From Botryllus schlosseri (taxonomy: Eukaryota), in the NCBI GenBank assembly GCA_051294905.1, contig CM119373.1, positions 1,118,001-1,182,000 on the forward strand: a DNA stretch of 64,000 bases, in the 5' to 3' direction. How positions within the stretch are numbered: the first letter of the stretch is position 1; every line of letters starts with the position of its first letter. This document shows, one piece after another, positions 1 through 12,900 of this stretch. The notes beneath the pieces are model-generated. The model did no database searches. It was not told where the DNA came from and saw only the letters and a list, made by a program, of their open reading frames with translations. Both the position numbers and the translations under genes were made by a program.

Positions 1-490
1 CTGATTTATATGATCCCTAATTCGAAGGTATAAGGCATGACAATTTTCGCAGCTAACTCCAAAAAGTCCACCTCGTCGTCATAAAGTGCTTCTAAAAGCG
101 CTGGTGAATAAATTGTGAGTTTCGCTTTACAGCAGCGCGTGGGAATTCAAAAATCCAAACATATCATTTAAGTGGTGTATGCCGGTAAACCTAGTTTCAG
201 CTTCAAGTTTAAATCTGTCCAAAGCTTGAAACATGCATCGTCTAACTTCTTCAACAACACTGAGGCCAGCATTTTCTGATTGTTCGCCACGCATTCTCCT
301 TTTTCGGCGATTTCTCCGAACAATCGGCTATTTCGGAGTGGTTCCATCGCCATGTTAACATATTAATTCGTGTTTTCGGAATCAGCGCGACACCAGCTTT
401 CGATTGAGACCTGTTTGATTAAATTTTAGCTCGCGGGACGCCAGCTATAGGACTACCAATTACGTTCTTTTAGCCGGTTGTGTACACTGT

Positions 491-745
491 GCCGAGCGAG
501 ATAGTGTAATGGTGATGCGTCCGGCTTCTCGCTCGGTGGGTCGCGGGTTCGATACCCGGCCGGGTCAGACCAAAAACTCGAAAACTGGTATCCGCAGTTA
601 TCCCGCTAGGCGCTAAGCGATCACGGAGGAGAAAAAACGGGGGTGCAGACTAGATGACCTTACTATTAGGTGCGTATCGCATCTCCGTCGTCAAAGCATC
701 TCGATGGTGTAGGCGAAAAAGAATATCATATCTGTCTCTCCATCT
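491..745 (+). mobile_element. tRNA-derived SINE (Meta-domain-like core)
   Basis: Pol III A box TAGTGTAATGG (502-512) and B box GGTTCGATACC (546-556), then GGGTCAGACCAAAAACTCGAAAACTGGTATCCGCAGTTATCCCGCTAGGCGC, which resembles the MetaSINE core as I recall it. 3' boundary approximate. Confidence 0.7.
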
Positions 746-835
746 CTCACTGTGCAGCCTCATTTTGCCACCCCCTTGGAGCCTGGCGCCCCTGGCGCAG
801 AGCCAGAACCGCCAAGTGGCTGCTACGCCACTGGT

Positions 836-2270
836 CATGTGTACTGGAAATGGCCGTCCCGAGTATTTTTCTGCACAGAATCGCCGCGGCAGCCGCCCTC
901 TTAGTTCTGCCTATCCCGTCATAGAGTTGACTCGCCACCTCCGTACTGTGCGACGATGACATCGCTATATGATATTGTCCCTTGTCGTCTAGCGAACTCG
1001 CCATCATCGCGACTATTTTACGGAGATGCTGGTACGTTAGGCGGATTTCGTGGCGACCGAGATATTCGACGACACAAACCGATAAATTTCGGAACGGCTT
1101 GCCGTTCGAGTTTCGCAACGCTACCTCCTCCCGCGACAAATGCAAGTCTGGATTTGTTTGCTTGGATTTGTTTGCTTGCAAATCTGAATTCAAAGAGGTT
1201 TGAGACCACTCCATTACACGTTCATATCTTCGTAGCACCTACCTGTTTGAATCGGTCATAGTCTTGTTGACCCATTACTAACAAACCCCGATTTGAAGGG
1301 CAATTGTTGTGGTTCCCTGTACGACTAACATCGACGGATCGTCAACGGAACGGACCGCGTGGCCAAGCTCATATCCGGTCACTCTACGGAAATATGACGA
1401 TCTCGTGCCATTTTCGCGGCCAAGCAATCGCGCACGTTTTCGTCCGTTATCGGTTGATGAAGGTTTCGCTTTTGATCATTCTAAAAATAACACGCCTATT
1501 AAACTTCAAACTGTACGATATAAAATCTTGGTACGAAACTTTTGATATTCGGCCAATTTTCATTGATGTTCATGTCGAGAGACAAACGTTTCTCATGCTG
1601 GCGCTTTTTCCTCATATTGGTCGCTCTTGAGTACGTGACAATGATTTGTAACGCTCTTAGTTGGTTGTCCGGCGACACGTTATCCAATATCGCCGGATGC
1701 TGCAGACGCGCTAATTCCAGAAATCCCTTTAGCGACGCCAGGGTTTCGAAAATCGTGCTTGCGGACAGTCTTCCATCGGCGTTACAAATATACGTTACTA
1801 TTGTTCCGGCCCGTCTACCACAAACTTCTTGAAAACCAATTTCAGTTTGCTGACGACAATTTTTGTGTTTGCTTGGCAAGCGATTGCACTTGGCGATGCC
1901 TCTCGTACCTGTAACCAAGTGACACATTACTATCAGAGTTACTCACGCTTGAAAAGTCGGACTCGAAGGTCAACTTTTGAAAATTTCCCTTGTAGGTGTC
2001 GCAACCTACCCCAAAGCCGTCCCGTATTCTATCCGAATGGGTAATCCTCCGGTGCGTTGCTATACAGGCCGTGGCCACTGATCTCGAACAGAGAGCATAC
2101 CGAGACCGTGGGCGACATTGCTTGATGTCTTGCCTGGGCTCGCGCAAGTAGCGAGCATAGACGATATGATGCAAAGTGCTACCTGAGTGACACCTGCGCC
2201 GCCATACTTACGGCAACAAAAATGATCAGATGAAGCGAATGGAAACATAGCAACAAAATTTACCACAACA
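836..2270 (-). pseudogene. Tyrosine recombinase (integrase-family) pseudogene, intronless and frameshifted
   Basis: Stitched minus-strand frames give STIFETLASLKGFLE...LLGRENGTRSSYFRRVTGYELGHA (catalytic R, ~1398-1414)...ALRNSNGKPF...LTYQHLRKIVA (HxxR-type, 1017-1028)...IAMSSSHSTEVASQLY (H ~945-953, Y ~921-929). The order R..HxxR..H..Y matches tyrosine recombinases. 5' boundary uncertain. Confidence 0.7.
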
Positions 2271-2899
2271 CATGAACACTAAACCAAAATATCGCGTAGT
2301 AAATCGAAGCAACTTGATTTTTGTATAAAGAAAATGATAAAAGAAACTAATGTCTTTCAATATTCACGATACATAAATCCCGTCAGAGTCATGCTAGTGC
2401 CGGAGCTTACATATCCAGTAGCTTAGGTAGCTAGCATTCGTCCTCTTCCTCTTCCTGCAACGACGTCGCATGTTGATGTTCTAGGACAGGGGTTCTCAAA
2501 GGGTGGGCCATGGCCACTAGTGGGCCAGTTATTTGGGTGGGCCACAGAGCTATTTCTAAAATTGTAGCATTCGTGAAAGTTTGGTTGCATTTTATTTGTT
2601 CATATTAAAAAAGTATACTGATGTTATCGAATTTTCATCCGACTCTGAGACTTAGTGGCACGTATGTAGTCACGAATGTACAAGTCGAAATAGGAGGGGA
2701 TACGGCGGCTTTTGCCCCCCCCCCCCCCCCCGCTATGCCAACCTCCGGCCAACAGCAACGAAAATAATTTCGATTATATAACTGAAAGTTAATGCTGAAA
2801 TATCCAAGTATTCCGGCAGGGTCATAATGGATTGAGGAGTTAGCACAGCACATTATTCTTCGGAGTCGGTCAGCGGTAATCTTCAGCAACTAGTAGAGA

Positions 2900-3720
2900 A
2901 TTTGAGAGAACATTGCTCAATCAATCGCGGCATCGACAGGAAATTACCGCGATTCACCGCAAAAAAGGCAACAGAGCCCATCGAACGAACAACCAAGAAT
3001 ATTGATATCTATCTCACTGGATTGGTCCTATTTCCACCCACCTTCAAAAACAATTGATTTCCGCAGTCAGTAAGTGTTACGACACATTGAAAACTAATGT
3101 GATATTTACGATAACGGAACTGCTCCCTTCAGCATGCAAAGACGTGCTTCCAGCACTTCGAAAAAGTAACGTAGTGTATGAATTTAAGTGCCACTGTGAT
3201 TGTGGTTTCGTATCAAGGACGTCGAAGCATTTGCAGGAACGCATAAAACAGCATGTCCCTAGATTTATCAAAGTACGTGCGTGCATCACGCTCCGTGAAA
3301 AGCTCACCCTTGACTCATCCGCTTTAGCTTGACGTTGAGCGTTTAAAGGTCATAAATTCTGCCATTGGCAAACATCTGTTGGATAATGCCGCCTGTGCGA
3401 AAAATTATCGAGACGACATATTTCGCATCATCGTGAGGGGCCGCTCACGCTTTCATCTGTGTGCCTAGGGGTCGACCTTTATCAAAATAAATCAGCCCAA
3501 ACTTCGTCAACAAAAAGAGTTCATGTATCACCTTAAAATTGTACATTGAACGCTCTCTTGTCATGCTGGTAACGTCATATTTCGAGATACGATTGTTAAT
3601 GCACAAATGTTCTTGCCGACTCTCTACCAGTCACTGACGATCATCACTGACGAGTGTCAGCCGAAAATATTTGGGTTTCATTTCAATATGAATATACTAT
3701 ACAATTGTATATTGAAGCTC
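2900..3720 (+). mobile_element. Penelope-like retroelement 3' fragment (GIY-YIG endonuclease plus terminal repeat)
   Basis: ORF 3054-3332 KSNVVYEFKCHCDCGFVSRTSKHLQERIKQHVP continues after a break as SAIGKHLLDN...FHLCA.STFIKINQPKL.QQKEF, typical of a PLE GIY-YIG domain. The downstream sequence is shared with other copies in the window. Confidence 0.85.
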
Positions 3721-4799
3721 TGTGTCTGCAAGAAACTCTCTGGTCATATCTGTAAAATTTAGAATGAATTTAGTATTACCTAGGATATATAATAATAATT
3801 TATCACCCTCCCTAATTCGGAGAATTGGTAATGAAAAATACATTGTTTGAAAGCAATTTAGACCCCAAGTAATGAATCAAATATTATTGAATAAAATATG
3901 TTAGGTACGTCCGCCATAAACTCTGCTTTCAATGTATATGCTACTTACCACCCATACATCATATTTCTTTCTTAAATAGGATTGAAGGATTTAATGCATG
4001 ATTTACAGCGATAAAATGTGAACATCACAAATGAACCATGCTGAATTGAAAATCTTCGCGCCAAAACCAGGCTTGGCAGTTATCACCCAATAGCTTTCAA
4101 AATAAGTCGTGCGTAAAAATAAATTCATCATAATTTCTAACGTACTTCTGGTAAGTAACATATCATATCAAAGTTGGCTTCGACATATCTGTCCATGATA
4201 TGTTATTGTTTGTGTTATTATGTTAGTTATTCTAAATAACTTTACAGAAACACTGCTGAAACTAGCGCCAGTATTGATTCTGTTATACTGGAGCCGGCCC
4301 TCGGCTCCTGTGACTTGGTAGGCTAATGATTAGTTCTCTGATTTCAACGTGTATTTATAGTTGCCCTATAAGGACTACTCGTGCTGTTGAGTTGTCTCTT
4401 CTGCAATAAAAGTGTCGACATCGATGACACGAAAAAAATTCAGATTTTCGTACGGATGCACACGGATGCAGGGGACAAGTTACAAAAAAAAGTAGCCAGA
4501 ATATGTTTTTAAGGTATAAGGTATGGGAATCGGACTGAAAACCTGGACTTTTTAAAGTCGGTCAATTCTGAACAACCCTAATGTATATATATATATAATC
4601 TCGTCGTGACCACCAAGTTAGAGCCACTTTACTGGTTAATGGCTGTATTCAAGCAATCTGTCATCGTAATTTGACTATTTGAGAATAAGGGTGCGGTAAT
4701 GCTTACTATCTTTAATTAAAAAGTTGAACATTCCAGTTACAAACAAAGGCATGGATTAGGCTGGGATTTAGAGCCAGCCTTTGGCATAATTTTACTACT

Positions 4800-5470
4800 A
4801 ACTTTTGTATTTAAAATATCTTCAATATACAATTAAATAGTGTATTCATATTTAAATAAACCCGAATATTTTCGGCTGACACTCATCAGGGGTAATTGTC
4901 AGGAACTTGTAGCGAATTGGAAAGAACATTGGAAAGAACATTGTATATCAACAATCGTAACACAAAATATGACGTCACCAGCATGAAATTTCAAACGAGA
5001 AAGCGTTCAATGTACTATTTTTCAGGGGGTGCACGAACTCCTTTTGTTGACAGAGTTTGGGTTGGTGTATTTTGATAAGAGTCGACTCCAAGGCACACAA
5101 ATGAAAGTGTGAAGGGCCCCTCCCAACGACGCGAGATCTGTTGCATCGATAGTTATTCGCACTAATCGGATTATCTAATAGATGTTTGTCGATGGCAGAA
5201 TTAATGGCCTTTGATCTGTCAGCATCGAGCTTAAGTGGATGAGTTGAGGGTGAGCTTCTCATCGAGCCTGATGCACGTGTTCCCGTGTTCCATTTTGGTT
5301 TATGTGTTCCTGCAAACGCTTTGACGTTCTTTCTACGTAGCCAGAATCACAGTGGCACTTATATATACCAAAACTACATTACTTTGTTAAGTGCAGGGAG
5401 CACGTCTTTGCAAAGTGTCTGCAGGAACGCATAAACCAGCATGTCCCCAGATTTACCAGAACACGTGCAT
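4800..5470 (-). mobile_element. Second Penelope-like 3' fragment, inverted relative to the first
   Basis: ORF 4975-5262 NSAIDKHLLDN...HFHLCALESTLIKIHQPKLCQQKEF is homologous to ~3350-3550. The segment 5420-5470 is a short piece in the opposite orientation. Confidence 0.85.
4861..4892 (-). ncRNA. Minimal type I hammerhead ribozyme in PLE terminal repeat
   Basis: Minus strand reads CCC-CUGAUGA-GUGUCAGCC-GAAA-AUAU-UC-GGG: full core, CCC/GGG stem I, palindromic AAUAUU stem III, UUC cleavage triplet. Confidence 0.75.
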
Positions 5471-5789
5471 TTCATTTTATATTTATACTGATGTGTTACA
5501 CACTGGCTATGCTATGAGGAAACCTAGCCATTTCAATCTAGGAATGTGTTTTCGCAGTGAGACTATATTGTGATGATATCAAGGGACAAAAATTGATGCA
5601 ATAACGATGATGGTAGCAATAGTTTAACATTTTCAGGATAATTCTCATACTGATTATATATTATAGCCGGTTCTGCCTAAAATATTTCGCATCAAAATTT
5701 ATCGATGTTTTTATTCAGATCGATATCTTGTCAAGTCTCATAATAGACCTTATATATACTCAGCTTTAGGCATTTGGCGTTTTGAGAAG

Positions 5790-6620
5790 AATAATGGTAA
5801 TCAATTGACATTACGATGCATTCTGATACTGAAAGCCATACGTGTGAAGTTTGTGGAAAGGGATTTGCAGTCAAGTGTAGACTCGATGCTCATATTGCTG
5901 TTCATTCTGGTGTCAGAAGCCATGAATGTGGAATTTGTGGGAAAAGATTTACTGCCAAGCGTAGTCTCAATACTCACATTCCTATTCATTCTAGCGTCAA
6001 GAGCCATGAATGTGAAATTTGTGGAAAGGATTTGCTATCAAGGCTGATCTACATACTCACATATCTATACATGCTGGTGTCAAAAGCCACAAATGTGATG
6101 TTTGTGGAAAAGGATTTGCTCGGAAACCACACTTGAAGAATCATTTTAAAATTCATTCTGGTGATATCTGTGGAAAAGGATTCGCTTCCAAGCAGAGACT
6201 CAATACTCACATTCCTATTCATTCTAGCGTCAAGAGCCATAAATGTGAAATTTGTGGAAAAGGATTTGCTATCAAGGGTGATCTAAAAATACTCACATAT
6301 CTATACATGCTGGTGTCAAAATCCACAAATGTGATGTTTGTGGAAAAGGATTTGCTCGGAAACCACACTTGAAGAATCATTTTAAAATTCATTCTGGTGA
6401 AAAAAGCCATGAATATGATAACTGTGGAAAAGGATTTGCTTCCAAGCAGAGTCTCGATACTCATATTGCTATTCATTCTGGCATCAAAAGCCATAATTTG
6501 TGGGAAAGGATTTGCTTCCAAGCAGAGACTCGATACTCATATTGCTATTCATTCTGGCATCAAAAGCAATAAATGTGAAATTTGTGGGAAAGGATTTGGT
6601 GTGCAGCGTTTCTCAAGGTA
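5790..6620 (+). pseudogene. C2H2 zinc-finger array (~9-10 fingers), frameshifted
   Basis: Repeated CxxCGKGF...L..H...HSG.KSH units spread over several frames (ORFs 5816, 6019, 6369, 6397). Internal duplication ~5960-6160 / 6200-6400. Confidence 0.9.
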
Positions 6621-6729
6621 ACCTGATAATTTCATGACTGAATGGCTGGAATCCAGAACAAAAAGTTATTTTAGAACAGAACAGCTCTAGTGCTCAGTTT
6701 AATTATTATAGATAACTAACCTACGGATA

Positions 6730-7820
6730 GATGCCCAACACGTGATTCACGGTCGAACTTCTTTGAACAGGCGATTTAGAATCCGGAACAGAATTCAATC
6801 AATCTCAGGCTATAGTGGAAATTCTTCATGACTGGGAAATTGAAGATGATCGATTTGCGATGTGTTTCGATACAACAGCATTAAACACAGGAAAATTCAA
6901 AGGCGCGTGTATTTTGCTGGAAGCATTGCTGAAACGACCACTCCTCTGGACTGCATGCCGTCATCATGTTTATGAAGTGATTCCCGTCTTGTGTGCTTCA
7001 AGGCATATTCGGAAAATCGACTGGCCGATGTTGATGACGATTTGATTAAATCACGGGATACATTGAATCGAGAGGGTCACGTGATAGGAGAAAAGGCGAC
7101 GGAAGGTGATATGTCTTGTTGACACGAGCCAAATTGGATGAGATCAGTGGTAGTGACTACGGCCTTCGAGACGACTACTAAGAGTTTGCTCTTTCCAGTT
7201 GCTATCCTGACGAAGCACCGTTTTCCTACTTCAATTTCTGGAAACCAGGACCTCACCACAGAGCAAGACGAATGTCTACGGCAATTTATACTTGAAGATG
7301 CTGCTTCTTCAATACCAGTTAGGACTTGACGACAGCACGCTCATGCTGCTGTAGATGTTTTGTGATTTTAAAGCGAGTATTCGTGCTTATTGGCTGCAAG
7401 CTCCATCGGAGGCTGCATACAATGATTTATAATTTCACAAAAAATGCTTGGATTCTCAGTTGCCTCCGACCCACTGAGTGCATTTCTCAACACTGTAATC
7501 GCTGCATTCAATACCCACTTGTGATACTTATCGGAGGAGCTCATTTCCTTTGCTTTATGTTCGAAAAATTTAAATGCTGATGAAAAAGCATTGTACGGTG
7601 AACGAATCTATGATTCATATAAAAGGTGTATTGGTATATCAATATCAATGCCACCCCAGAAACCTGTTTTTCCAGCTGTTTCTGGCGATACCGAATTTCC
7701 CCATCTGGTGGGTGCCGACTCGACCATTATGTTCAAAATAGTTAAATTCAGTTTGGAGGACATGAAATTTATGCAACATCCCTCGTTGAGTTGGCCGAGA
7801 TTTCCAAAATATAAATGACT
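6730..7820 (+). mobile_element. Degenerate DDE transposase, hAT-superfamily-like (possibly hATm)
   Basis: AMCFDTTALNTG...GACILLEALLKRPLLWTACRHHVYEV shows a catalytic D plus the CxxH motif. The rest is broken by stops and frameshifts. Confidence 0.7.
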
Positions 7821-8169
7821 TGAAAATGTAGCGTCACCGTTACATATTGTAATGATCCAGCTGTCACGTCTTCCAAATAATCATCTGTAGCACGCAATGC
7901 CAGATTGGCACTCGAAAACATGAAACTCGGACAAGAAGCAAGAAAAGGTGCAGACAAAACCAGAAAAGCCAAAATCGAAGCCGAAGAAGCTAGCATCGCA
8001 GCTGAGCTTTCCCGATGCGTTCAATCACTCCCCGAATGCTGTTACCATTTATAAATGCGCTCACGTCAGCCACATTAATATGCCGGTTTCCGACACAAAT
8101 GATGTCGATTCGGTCATTCGGAATGATTTCCTAATGCGCTACCCCAGCAGTAATTATCTCCACAGATAG

Positions 8170-9140
8170 TCTTGCAAAACGGCACGAGCGACGACAAGCC
8201 TACTGGAGACTGTATCATAAGGAACACATACGTTGATGACATACTCCATTCATCAGATGATCTCGAGACCTCTATCGAGATCATCGAAGAACTGCGAACG
8301 CTTTTCGCACATTACGGATTCAATCGGACAAAATTTGCCAACGGTAGTTCTGCGATTATGTCACGGATTCCCGGAGAAACCCGCGCTTCCAATCTGGTTG
8401 ATCTCGACTTCGCGAATTCAGATAACTAGCGAACGTTGGTTGTTATCTGGAACGGGAATGAAGACACTCCGTGCACGCACTAACATCGTACCCAAGCCTT
8501 TCACCCGCAGAGGCATTGCAAGTCATATCACACAGATCTTTACCACATTCGGATACCTGAGCCCGTTCTTGCTAAGGCAAGGGCACACCAATCGACGATA
8601 GTTTCAGTGCGAAGTGGAGCAAATGCGTCGAAAGGCTTCCATTTCCCAGGTCTTACAAACCACCACGATTCTCGCTTGTGGAAATTCAACTACAGGCTTT
8701 TGCCGATGCTAGTAAATCCGGTTATGCAGCCTGCTGTTATTGTCGTCGTTTCGAGAACTCTGACAAATGACACGTCGACATTGCGCTCAGAGGCGTTTTA
8801 TAAGAAAGACGTTATGAAAGATGTTGACTACAATTTTGACACTGTTCACTACTGAACCAACAGTAACTCGGTGCTTCAAAGCATCAGGTGTATTTCGGCA
8901 CTTTCGTACATCAACGACTGCTCAAGATTCGTGCTCTGTCGCTAGTCGATCAATGGCGGTATGTTTCATCCGCCAATAATCCAGCGGATATTGACTCAAG
9001 TGGCGTAATGCCTCATCGTTGGCAGCTCGTAAGAATGAGGTTCCAGGGGCCGACTTTTTGCTCAAGCCTGTCGAATCATGGCATGGACACAACAAAGCTC
9101 ACCGTTCCAAAACAACAATCGAACCAGTGTTTTTGACTTT
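8170..9140 (+). mobile_element. BEL/Pao LTR retrotransposon pol fragment (RT end, RNase H)
   Basis: IIRNTYVDDILHS, KPFTRRGIAS, FADASKSGYAACCY (out of frame, ~8698-8740) and QWRYVSSANNPADIDS are BEL/Pao-type motifs. Confidence 0.85.
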
Positions 9141-9242
9141 TGTGTAATATATATGTAATGTGTGTAATATAATCATATAATATAATAATCCAGCGGATAT
9201 TGACTCAAGTGGCGTAATGTCTCATCGTTGGCAGCTCGTAAG

Positions 9243-9691
9243 TAGGGCTGGGCAAAATCGAGTACTTGAGTGATTCGATTCTGAATCACGTAATATGCTT
9301 CGAGTCGAGTAATCGAGTATCACTCATTATGACGTCATACCAGAATGTAATATGTAAAAGTTCAAATATGTACCCTTAACGTGACCACAAAGAATATAAT
9401 GGCTGTTATCCATCACATTAAAGATACTTTGGTATCTTTTCGACCATACCGATTCCATTGCACTTGGCGACAATGTTGTGAGTTGATCATGACTTCGGCC
9501 AATCAAGGTTTCAAGGCTTCAACAGTGAAAATTATTATCGAAACTATAATTCTCGTTGATAAATTAACTTTCAGCTGCGAGGACCATATAATTTCAGTAC
9601 TCGAAAAAATCGTATTTTACTACTCGACTCGAATCATTAAAATTATTACTCGATTCAGATTCGAGTACTCGAATCATTGTGCCCAGCCCTA
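9243..9691. mobile_element. hAT-type MITE
   Basis: TIR TAGGGCTGGGCA...TGCCCAGCCCTA with perfect 8-bp TSD CTCGTAAG (9235-9242, 9692-9699). The empty site is visible in the duplicated copy near 9025. Confidence 0.92.
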
Positions 9692-10591
9692 CTCGTAAGA
9701 ATGAGGTTCGAGGGGCCGACTTCTTACTCAAGCCTGTCGAATCATGGCATGGACACAACAATCGAACCAGTGTTTTTGACTTGTGTGTTTGTGTAATATA
9801 TATGTAATGTGTCCTAAGCAATTACCAAATCCCAGATTTTGGCATAATGATTTGAAATTACAGTAAGGTATGCCACATTACCAGTTGATAGGCAAAAAGC
9901 AGAAGCAGCAACCTGTTGTTCATACAATGTTATCCGAAATGTCTTACTACACATATACAAGACAGATCAGATATTATTTATATAACAGTACTTACTCATT
10001 GACTGCATCATCTGGAAAATTTATATATATTTATATTTATACATATTTTCGTGTCCATTGATATTCCCCTTTTAGTTATGGATGATATCGTAATCGTCAT
10101 TTCCAACAAAGCATACTGTGTATGTGTAGCTAAATTTAAGCACTATGCCGATACCTTTAGCAAAACATTACGACACAAATATAACCATGCATAGTACATA
10201 TCGATTTGCGCCATGTTCGTATTCTGGAGACTCCTAGGTAGCAAGTAGGTAGCTAGCAGTCTTCATGACGAAAAATGTAACAAGAAAAAAATGTTTAGGC
10301 TCCCTATGCCAGTCATTATTTGTAACTTTCTCCTGTTCATTTCCAAGACTAGGTTTCTTAGTGTAAGCGGTCATCTAGATATGGCGAAATTGGCTATTTG
10401 TACGGGCACTTTAGGGTGAAATAACTCAAAATAATGATGTAATTCATTCATTTGCTATCTGGTACCACATATCAAGACCCTTTTTTGAAATTCAAAATTT
10501 TTCATTTTTCACTCCACCCTACTGTGGAGCTCACGTTTTATGCACATCGCGGTCATTGTTTTGAATAGTAATAATGGTCTTCGATTTAGAC

Positions 10592-12521
10592 CAGTGTTTC
10601 CCAACCCCGAGTCCGCGGGCTCATTTGAGTCCGCGGAAGGTCCTTGGTGAGTCCGCGAACACAGGAATTTTTGGTAACTTAATCGGCACACACAGTTGAC
10701 AGATTGTCGACTTGGTATTTCCTCGTGTTTTTCAATGGAAAGACGCCAGTCTCATAGCGAATTTAATAGTTTAGGTAATTTTATATCGATAAAACCTTGA
10801 GAAACGATCGTGGATCCTAATTTAGGGGTCTGCTTACTTAGTTTCAGATTGAGAAGTCGAAAATCCACGGAAATATCAAAATTTTCAATCTTTTCTTCCA
10901 CTTCCGATATGATTTCGGAACGTGTAATTGACAGACCTACGGGGCTCGTTCACTTTCGGACCAAAGTCATTGCAGCCTTACGGATAAAATAGCTTTTTGG
11001 TCCGAAAGTGAACGAGCCCCGTCCTGGTCCGGTTTCGTCAAATTCCGATTTAAGATTAGGCTGCATGATTCGCAAAATACCAAATTCCGATTTAAGATTA
11101 GGCTGCATGATTCGCAAAATACCTATGTTGATATGTTAGTAACCTTAATAGCTGTCATCAAAAAAAATGCATAGATACCTCAAATATGTGACTGGCGCCA
11201 CTCAACCGGAATAGTGCTTTCAGAACTACATTCATTGCAGTAGAATTTATTACCTCGGTGGCTTTTCGGGTTTCCCTTATCAAGAATTAACGGCACCATA
11301 AAAAGGAGAATTAACGGCACCATAAAAAGGATAAAGAGTTTGTATACAATCTTTAAATATTCCATTAATATATTCCGCTGATTGTCTGTGTAACGACTTC
11401 TGAGTATTGTATAATTTGATTCTCTCTTATCCCTTTATTATGACTACCGGAGTACCGGTACAGCTGACTTTGGACAGCTACCGTTCCTTTTTATTATTGC
11501 ATTGTTACGTCAAATTTTGCCAATTTGGATTTCGTTTGAATCTCTTGAATCTGAATGCATGAGCAGAGATAGCATAAAAAATTTACAGCTATATATATGC
11601 AATTCCCGATCATGTTGACCGATTCAGTCATGGATTATGGAATATTTTCGCGCTTCGCGCGGTTTATTCGAAACAAGGCGGCTAACTGAACGGTACAAAA
11701 ATTTCGCTGAGAAATAGCGGTAAAAAGGTATCGGACGGGGGGTCTGGGGGTAAAGCCCGCCAGAAGTTAGGTTTATCGCCCTGTGGGGCCCAAGACCAAC
11801 GTTTTGCTATTGAAGGGTGGGGGGGGGGCTGACGAAGTGCTGTTACGGTCCTGCACATAGGCACATTGCACAGGTTTCCGGCGCGATATACGCTGAGTGT
11901 TGGTAATTGATTATGGCGACTTGTTCATTTACAGACTATTTGGAAAATGACAAATCGTAGGGACATGTGCTAATCACAGAAACAATCTATAGTTGTCTAT
12001 TATAAGTAGAACTCGAGATGTGGACTGCATTACTGAACAGTTGCTTGAATTGCAAAGCCGACAGATGTGGAAAGACAGGTTTAAGAGAGCTTCCTTGACT
12101 CAATTTTAGCCAAATGTGCAGTCGATGAAGCATAGTCTTTCAGATCTTTGTTAGCAAGTTGCAACAGCTCTTTTGCTATTTCCGACCACATCACCTTCCT
12201 GTGTGAATCTGGCTTTTCAACTCTGACGATGAGCAAAAGAAGTATAGCAATAGACTTCAACCGGAAGATGACATCAGATGTAGGCCTACATTGACAACCA
12301 TAATTCCGGAATTCCATAAACTTGTCAAGCAAGATCAAGGACAAGGCTCCCATTGAGTGTGGGTTGAGTGAAAAACAGTGCTTGCTTTTTTGTTGATACC
12401 GCATTACACTCTCTTGGATAGAAATCAAAAAAACTATTTTTCGGTAATATATAGCTTGAGTCCGCGGATATACTGGCGGGCTTGAGATGAGTCCGCGGGT
12501 CAAAAAGGTTGAGAACCACTG
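10592..12521 (+). mobile_element. Non-autonomous hAT (Buster/Charlie-like) element
   Basis: CAGTG...CACTG termini, perfect TSD ATTTAGAC (10584-10591, 12522-12529), subterminal GAGTCCGCGG repeats and a transposase C-terminal remnant (FPTT..CESGFSTL..SNRLQPEDDIRC..QGQGSH*) at ~12170-12357. Confidence 0.9.
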
Positions 12522-12699
12522 ATTTAGACTGATGTCTTGGTTATGAATAAGTTACGATGGCCTTTTTCTGAGACAAGCGAGTCTCAGTTTCAAGCGATAT
12601 GGGTTTAGGTTTGAGTAGGTTATGGTAAGCATATTTCGTTTCGAATCGATTTTGCAGCAGAAAAGCCTCGAAGACCTAATGTGTGGCTTTGCGAGGAGA

Positions 12700-12900
12700 G
12701 GAGTCGGATTGGCGGCGATTCCCAGAGCGATGCGAAAAGGTATTCTGAAAGACCTTCATGCTGGTCACAGAGGCATTTACAGTTTCAAAGCGCGAGTCCG
12801 GTTAATTGTGTATTGGCAATATATGAATGAGATCGAGTGGTCATGCAAGACAAGTCATATCAATTATGCATAAAAGGTCGTCCACCATACAAAGACTGTC
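12700..12900 (+). mobile_element. Gypsy-type integrase zinc-binding (HHCC) fragment
   Basis: AIPRAMRKGILKDLHAGHRGI...KARVRLIVYW.YMNEIE..CKT in ORF 12622-12873. Confidence 0.7.

Noticed and set aside
491..565. tRNA gene
   Set aside because: It has A and B boxes but no convincing cloverleaf or terminator and runs on into SINE body sequence.
5790..6620. Functional zinc-finger gene or programmed frameshifting
   Set aside because: Several irregular frameshifts and partial finger deletions fit decay (or assembly error) better.
10939..11022. 27-bp perfect inverted repeat as terminator or structured RNA
   Set aside because: It lies inside a hAT element and looks like the two TIRs of a tiny deleted MITE. 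No evidence of function.
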